Source: a virus. From it: a DNA stretch of 64,000 bases. Below the pieces are notes generated by a model. That model was not told where the DNA came from, did not search any database, and saw nothing but the letters and a program-made list of their open reading frames with translations. The DNA lies in IMG/VR virus record IMGVR_UViG_3300035698_003862, positions 2,401 through 66,400 of that record; one strand, written 5' to 3'. Numbering within the stretch: position 1 is the first letter of the stretch; each line of letters starts with the position of its first letter. A program made the position numbers and the translations under genes. Shown here piece after piece: positions 59,185 through 64,000 of the stretch.

Positions 59185-59913
59185 GTGAAGCCCTTAAATG
59201 ATTTTGCATGTAAGCGCTATACATCACAGCGCGGTCAGACTGGTATGCTGATTGAGATCATGCGTCGGTTAGGCATTGCTTTTGGCAGTTGCCTTGAGTT
59301 TGGTGCATCCGACGGTGTCTACTGCAGTAACATACGACATTTTTACCTGAACGGGTGGGAGTGTGGTTACATAGAGGCTGACGTTGATAAGTATCAGGAG
59401 CTGTGTATCAATACACCTGACGCTAAGCATATGTGCATGCGCGTTACTTGTGAACCGAATGCCACCTTGGATTGGTCCATTAAGCAATTGAGGATGAACG
59501 AACTTACATTGCTGTGTATTGATGTTGATGGTATAGACTATTGGATTTGGAAGTCCTTGGAGCAGCATCCTGCAGTTGTATGCATAGAATATAACAGCAA
59601 CTTTGATCCTGAAGAGCAACGTGTAATTGAATATGATCCTAACTTCAACTGGCGTAACGGTGATACTTATTACGGAGCCAGTGCTGGGGCGATGTGCAGT
59701 CTAGCTTATGACAAAGGTTACGCACTCGTAGCTTACGCGTTGGGTAATGATCTGATCTTCTTGCGGCGTGATTTGCTTGCTAGTCACAGCGCTCAGTTTG
59801 ATGAGATACCAGTCACTGCACTGGTTAAGAAACCGGCACATGTGGATCGTACGCATTTAGAGATGGTAGATCTTCTAGCCGATAATGTTGCTCAGACAGA
59901 GCTAGATACGTAG
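59185..59913 (+). CDS. FkbM-like methyltransferase
   Basis: CLEFGASDG..SN, LLCIDVDGIDYWIW, CIEYN, YYGAS; GGAGG before GTG 59185. Confidence 0.75.
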   Translation: MKPLNDFACKRYTSQRGQTGMLIEIMRRLGIAFGSCLEFGASDGVYCSNIRHFYLNGWECGYIEADVDKYQELCINTPDAKHMCMRVTCEPNATLDWSIKQLRMNELTLLCIDVDGIDYWIWKSLEQHPAVVCIEYNSNFDPEEQRVIEYDPNFNWRNGDTYYGASAGAMCSLAYDKGYALVAYALGNDLIFLRRDLLASHSAQFDEIPVTALVKKPAHVDRTHLEMVDLLADNVAQTELDT

Positions 59914-59941
59914 GTATAACATAAACGAAGGAGTACAGTAG

Positions 59942-60253
59942 ATGAAGAGAACAATATGTGTTGGGTTGTTGGCGGTATGCGTAATGATGGTAGCTGGTTG
60001 CACGACATCGCAGTTTAACGTCACAGACGTGACACCGGTACCCGCAGGAGCCACGGTCACCTTTCTCGCCACTAATGGCCCGAGCGCCATTCTTGGTATC
60101 CAACTGGATTTCGGGGAGATTGAACTTCCGGGGATCGTACAAGAGTATATGCCTGTAGGTTGGAGTCTCGGTGACGGTCAGTGGTATCTCATGCGCGGCA
60201 TGTCAATCACCGACAGTCCCATTACCAACCTGACCATGCAGGTCAAGCGGTAA
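59942..60253 (+). CDS. Putative lipoprotein
   Basis: Signal peptide with VAG-C lipobox. Confidence 0.65.
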   Translation: MKRTICVGLLAVCVMMVAGCTTSQFNVTDVTPVPAGATVTFLATNGPSAILGIQLDFGEIELPGIVQEYMPVGWSLGDGQWYLMRGMSITDSPITNLTMQVKR

Positions 60254-60260
60254 CCTATTT

Positions 60261-60336
60261 GGGGGTATAGCTCAGTTGGTAGCGCACGAGCTTCGCAAGC
60301 TCGGGGTCACCGGTTCGAACCCGGTTGCCTCCACCA
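60261..60336 (+). tRNA. tRNA-Ala(CGC)
   Basis: G3-U70; CGAGC-TTCGCAA-GCTCG; CCA. Confidence 0.92.
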
Positions 60337-60343
60337 TTCCCGC

Positions 60344-60433
60344 GGACGAGTAAGTCTCAGAATGGCCTGAGAAGGTCTGACAGAGCTGCTGGGCGATCCC
60401 CAGTGGTCGCAGGTTTGATTCCTGCCTCGTCCA
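60344..60433 (+). ncRNA. tRNA-like RNA: 6-bp D stem, long variable arm, collapsed anticodon arm
   Basis: GGACGAG/CTCGTCC; TCTCAG/CTGAGA; GCAGG-TTTGATT-CCTGC. Confidence 0.6.
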
Positions 60434-60455
60434 CTTATCCACTAAGGAGAATCTG

Positions 60456-60704
60456 ATGGTATTTTGTTTACATTGCGGCGATAGCCAGAGGATGGAGGCT
60501 ACGGTCGCTAAGCTTGAAGAGACTGCAGCTACACCGTATTTCACACGGGTAGACCAGCACAAACGTATCTTCGTTGACACGGATATACCGTTTGAGGGCC
60601 TACGAGAGCTGCTAGGGATTCATGTGTTGGTGGCTGAGGTGCTGCGTGAATCCGAGATTCGACAATATAGGAGGCCGAATGATGACGATACCGTTGCTGT
60701 CTGA
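60456..60704 (+). CDS. Hypothetical protein
   Basis: AAGGAG RBS. Confidence 0.5.
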   Translation: MVFCLHCGDSQRMEATVAKLEETAATPYFTRVDQHKRIFVDTDIPFEGLRELLGIHVLVAEVLRESEIRQYRRPNDDDTVAV

Positions 60705-61032
60705 GCTCTGTACGTTACTAGGCTGTGAACGCGACAGACTGTTAGGTAACGTCAAGGGGCTACAGCAGCAGATCATGAGGCAGGAAGAGCTGCTGGCCCA
60801 GCGGGATAAGAAGATCTCTACTATGGAACTACAGGCTGAAACGCCTGCTATGGACAAGGATTGTGGTCTGACCCCAGAGGAGGCCAAGAAGTACCGTGAC
60901 ACAGCCAAACGGTTATACGGCCTCAGTGACGAGGTTGATCTTGACAGCGACGCTATCATTAGCGCCGGTGATGATCCAGGTGTTTACGTGGCAGCTTGGG
61001 TTTGGGTACCTAACGCAGAATTGGAGGAATGA
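60679..61032 (+). CDS. Hypothetical protein
   Basis: GGAGG RBS; YVAAWVWV motif. Confidence 0.55.
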   Translation: MMTIPLLSELCTLLGCERDRLLGNVKGLQQQIMRQEELLAQRDKKISTMELQAETPAMDKDCGLTPEEAKKYRDTAKRLYGLSDEVDLDSDAIISAGDDPGVYVAAWVWVPNAELEE

Positions 61033-62090
61033 TGAGTCTTACAATACGAACAGTACGGGGCATACTTAAGCGCAAGGTCAACGAGTGGCTTGCAAGCATC
61101 GATGACGAGCAGCTCAGGCAGGATTTACATAGCAAGGTGATCGTGACTGGTGGTTGCATCGTGTCCATGCTGACGGGCGTCCCGGTTAACGATTACGATG
61201 TCTATCTCAAGGACAAAGATGCGGTGGTTCGTTTAACGGGCTACTACCTCAAGCAATTCGCAGCTAACCCTCCGCCCGGGTTCAAGACCGGCGGGCAGGT
61301 CAAGATGTGGGTAGACCATGAGGCGTCAGCCCCTAATGGTAGGGTGCATATCATGATCAGGTCAACCGGTGTAGCAGGTGAGCAAGGTGACAAGAACACG
61401 TACGAGTACTTTGAGACAGTACCTGATCCTGACGCCGCTGCGAACTATGTAGATGCCGTGGTACCAGACCATGAAACTGCTGCCATTATCAGTAGCGTTA
61501 TAGACGCTGAAGCTATGGGTGCGCCTAACCCCGAGAATGCCCAGTACGTGGCGCTGGCAGCTGCAGTACACAAAGACATCGACGCGCCTCCTCACAAGGG
61601 TCGTGGCGCCGACAAGAAGACATACCGACCGGTATTTATGACGGACAACGCCATCACACTAGCAGACGAGATACAGCTGTGTATTCGGTTCTATGGTGAT
61701 GTAGCTGAGATCCACGAGAACTTCGATTTCGATCACTGCAAGTGTTCGTATGATCACGGCTCGGGAGAGCTTCACACGCCAAACGAAGCGGTTATGGCTA
61801 TCCTAACAAAGGAGCTGCGATATTCAGGCAGCTTGTACCCGATAGCCAGCATCATCCGTACACGCAAGTTCATCAAGCGTGGGTGGAGCTGTAACGCTGG
61901 TCAGTACATAAAGATGGTTTCTCAGGTCAATAAGCTTGACTTGGACAACCTTGAGGTGTGGACTGATCAACTCACTGGAGTAGATACAGCGTATTTCCAA
62001 GAGCTGATTTCTGCATTGAAGCACGCTAAGGAACAGGGCGCGGTGGTTGACTGTAACTACGTAGTGATGTTGATAGACAAACTATTTTAG
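61029..62090 (+). CDS. Pol-beta-superfamily nucleotidyltransferase (CCA-adding/polyA polymerase head-like)
   Basis: VTGGCIVSML.G...NDYDVY, NFDFDHC, RTRKFIKRGW. Confidence 0.7.
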   Translation: MMSLTIRTVRGILKRKVNEWLASIDDEQLRQDLHSKVIVTGGCIVSMLTGVPVNDYDVYLKDKDAVVRLTGYYLKQFAANPPPGFKTGGQVKMWVDHEASAPNGRVHIMIRSTGVAGEQGDKNTYEYFETVPDPDAAANYVDAVVPDHETAAIISSVIDAEAMGAPNPENAQYVALAAAVHKDIDAPPHKGRGADKKTYRPVFMTDNAITLADEIQLCIRFYGDVAEIHENFDFDHCKCSYDHGSGELHTPNEAVMAILTKELRYSGSLYPIASIIRTRKFIKRGWSCNAGQYIKMVSQVNKLDLDNLEVWTDQLTGVDTAYFQELISALKHAKEQGAVVDCNYVVMLIDKLF

Positions 62091-62097
62091 GGAACAT

Positions 62098-62210
62098 GCG
62101 TCGGTAGCTCAGTTGGTAGAGCATTAGAAAAACGAACGGCCCGTATGGGTTGTCAGCAGCAAAAACAGCAAGTCTAAATGTCGCGGGTTCGAGTCCCGTC
62201 CGGCGCACCA
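62098..62210 (+). ncRNA. tRNA-like RNA with a 44-nt insert in place of the anticodon loop
   Basis: Canonical acceptor, D arm (TAGCTCAGTTGGTAGAGC), T arm (GGTTCGAGTCC) and CCA; TTAGA/TCTAA stem encloses 62129-62172. Confidence 0.8.
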
Positions 62211-62226
62211 CTTTGGGAGTGCGTGT

Positions 62227-62460
62227 ATGAGTGACACTGAAGCCCCAAAGCAGGCGATCATTGTTGCCTGTGGTAAGGAAAGCCTGCCCATGCGTCTTAA
62301 TGACGATGGGCTTTTAGTATGGCATAGGTGGGCGACAGTGTTCCCCTCTGCGAAAGAAGCACGTGATGTGCGTAAAGCATCGATGGACTTGGCTAGGAAG
62401 CAGGGCATCGACCAGAGATGGTTACAGATGAAGGTCATCAAGATAGACAACAACGATTGA
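62227..62460 (+). CDS. Hypothetical protein
   Basis: GGAG RBS. Confidence 0.5.
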   Translation: MSDTEAPKQAIIVACGKESLPMRLNDDGLLVWHRWATVFPSAKEARDVRKASMDLARKQGIDQRWLQMKVIKIDNND

Positions 62461-62468
62461 TATTGTAA

Positions 62469-62553
62469 GCCAGGATGGCTGAATTGGCAAAGCACCACAT
62501 TTGTAATGTGGCGACGAAAGTCACTGGGGGTTCGAATCCCTCTCCTGGCTCCA
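62469..62553 (+). tRNA. tRNA-Thr(TGT) with long variable arm
   Basis: CCACA-TTTGTAA-TGTGG; GAC-GAAA-GTC variable arm; CCA. Confidence 0.8.
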
Positions 62554-62833
62554 ACTACTTGACCGACCCGGAACGCCGCGATTAGGTTGCATGCAACAGG
62601 GACCCTGGTAACTTCCAGGCGTGACAGCAAACGGAGAGACGGCCCGGCGGGTCGGTGAGGTCTCGTCCTTCACCGGTGCGTCGGTTATTTTTTCAACAAG
62701 GAGAAAGATATGAAAACGACAGATGTAACTCGTATAAACTACGTTAACGAAATGATCGCGGACTACCAACGTGAAGTAGAGGCGATGCAGGAACAGGGCT
62801 GGAAGCGAACATAACAGAGACTAGGGAGACCCA

Positions 62834-63967
62834 TTGACTATGATGGACGAACATATGTACGAAGACGCCGACGCTGGTGTAGAGAGCGAGCGTCGGCTGG
62901 CTACGGTCCAAGAGATCGTAGCTGTAGAGCCTATACCAGGAGCTGACCGCATCGAGCGTGTGGTGGTACTGGGCTGGGAGTGTGTATCTCAGAAGGGCGA
63001 CTTTAAGCCCGGAGATAAGTGTTGCTATTTTGAGATCAACAGCATTCTGCCCCCGCATGCTGTCTTCGACTTCATGGCTGACAGAAAGTACAGGGTGAGG
63101 ACCATCAAGTTTAGGGGTCAGGTAGCCCAAGGCTTGGCGATGCCACTCAATGTCATGGAGAAGGCATTTAATCTGCCACCTATGAAGATAGGCGCTAACC
63201 TGACCGGTCTCATAGGCGTTTTGAAGTACGATCCCCAGGCAGTGAAGGAGCGGGGCCTCAGTACGTCTAAGCCTGATCCTTGGATCGTTAAGCAGTTCAT
63301 GCACTATGCCTGGTTCAGGTGGCTGCGCAAGGCGCTGCGACCCAACAAGGGCGGCTGGCCTTCGTTCATCAGCAAGACTGATGAAGAGCGTGTACAGAAC
63401 ATGCCGCGGGTTGCTCAGCGTAATGCGGGTGAGTTCTGCTATATCACGGAGAAGCTTGACGGGCAGAGTGCGACGTTCGGTTGGAAGGGCAGACACTTCT
63501 ACGTATGCTCACGCAACATTCGGTTGTACAAGCCTGACACCAGCAACTACTGGAAGATCGTGAAGCAGCTTGATCTCAAGGCTAAGCTGAAGCGCATGCG
63601 GGGCTACATCATACAGGGAGAGATCCTAGGTTCCAACATCCAGGGTAACAAGTATGGCCTCGCTATCGGTGAGCATCATTTGTACGTGTACAACGTGTTT
63701 AACACGAACACGGGCCGCAAGCTTGGTTATGACGAACGCGGTGCGTTCTTGGCGGAGCTAGGCTTGAACCCGGTGCCGCTGATTAACGGTTGCTTTGTGC
63801 TGGACGCTGACATGACGGTGGCTGACTTCGTGGAACTATCTAACGGCAAGAGCTTGGTGCAGCCCGGACTAACCCGTGAGGGTATTGTTATCAGATCAAT
63901 GGATGATCGGCTGAGTTTCAAGAGCGTAAGCCCTGACTTCTTACTGGAGTATGGCGATGACCGTTGA
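62834..63967 (+). CDS. RNA ligase (DRB0094-like) with N-terminal OB domain
   Basis: PIPGADRIE, RGQVAQGL, KTDEERVQN, TEKLDG, QGE, REGIV, SFKSVS. Confidence 0.88.
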   Translation: MTMMDEHMYEDADAGVESERRLATVQEIVAVEPIPGADRIERVVVLGWECVSQKGDFKPGDKCCYFEINSILPPHAVFDFMADRKYRVRTIKFRGQVAQGLAMPLNVMEKAFNLPPMKIGANLTGLIGVLKYDPQAVKERGLSTSKPDPWIVKQFMHYAWFRWLRKALRPNKGGWPSFISKTDEERVQNMPRVAQRNAGEFCYITEKLDGQSATFGWKGRHFYVCSRNIRLYKPDTSNYWKIVKQLDLKAKLKRMRGYIIQGEILGSNIQGNKYGLAIGEHHLYVYNVFNTNTGRKLGYDERGAFLAELGLNPVPLINGCFVLDADMTVADFVELSNGKSLVQPGLTREGIVIRSMDDRLSFKSVSPDFLLEYGDDR

Positions 63968-64000
63968 ATGTTGCTTTTGTTGCATGTAGCGACAGAAGCG

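Noticed and set aside
1070-63921. Numerous minus-strand ORFs in the ORF track
   Set aside because: They are antisense shadows of + strand genes or tRNAs, without RBS or recognisable motifs
1-64000. Genome-wide TAG reassignment
   Set aside because: Many genes end at TAG at natural C-termini or just before terminators, and coding density is already high in the standard code

Overview
This window is part of a large, probably jumbo, dsDNA bacteriophage genome read in the standard code. Nearly all genes are on the + strand. The exception is the N-terminus of a terminase large subunit on the - strand at 1-509, which the ORF track missed. Roughly 1.7-34 kb is a replication/recombination/repair block: DUF932, RNase H, SbcD/SbcC, an intein-containing SF2 helicase, DnaB-like helicase, primase, a UDG-fused family A DNA polymerase split by two HNH-carrying group I introns, putative SSB, RecA-like protein, dATP/dGTP diphosphohydrolase, HhH glycosylase and RuvC. 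Roughly 34-48 kb holds glycosyltransferases, an intein-containing metallophosphoesterase, many hypotheticals and a triple double-palindrome repeat. Roughly 48-64 kb is an RNA-rich region with tmRNA, about 11 tRNAs, several tRNA-shaped RNAs with rebuilt anticodon domains, DNA ligase, a nucleotidyltransferase and an RNA ligase. Top leads: (1) a stand-alone minimal RAMP (Cas7-like) gene with its own promoter and no cas genes or CRISPR array in the window, together with dispersed CAGU tandem tracts in leaders that could be its ligand; (2) a family of tRNA-scaffolded ncRNAs, including one interrupted by an HNH gene; (3) atypical tRNAs plus three genes broken by +1 shifts or an amber codon. All protein calls come from motif recognition by eye; no searches were run.
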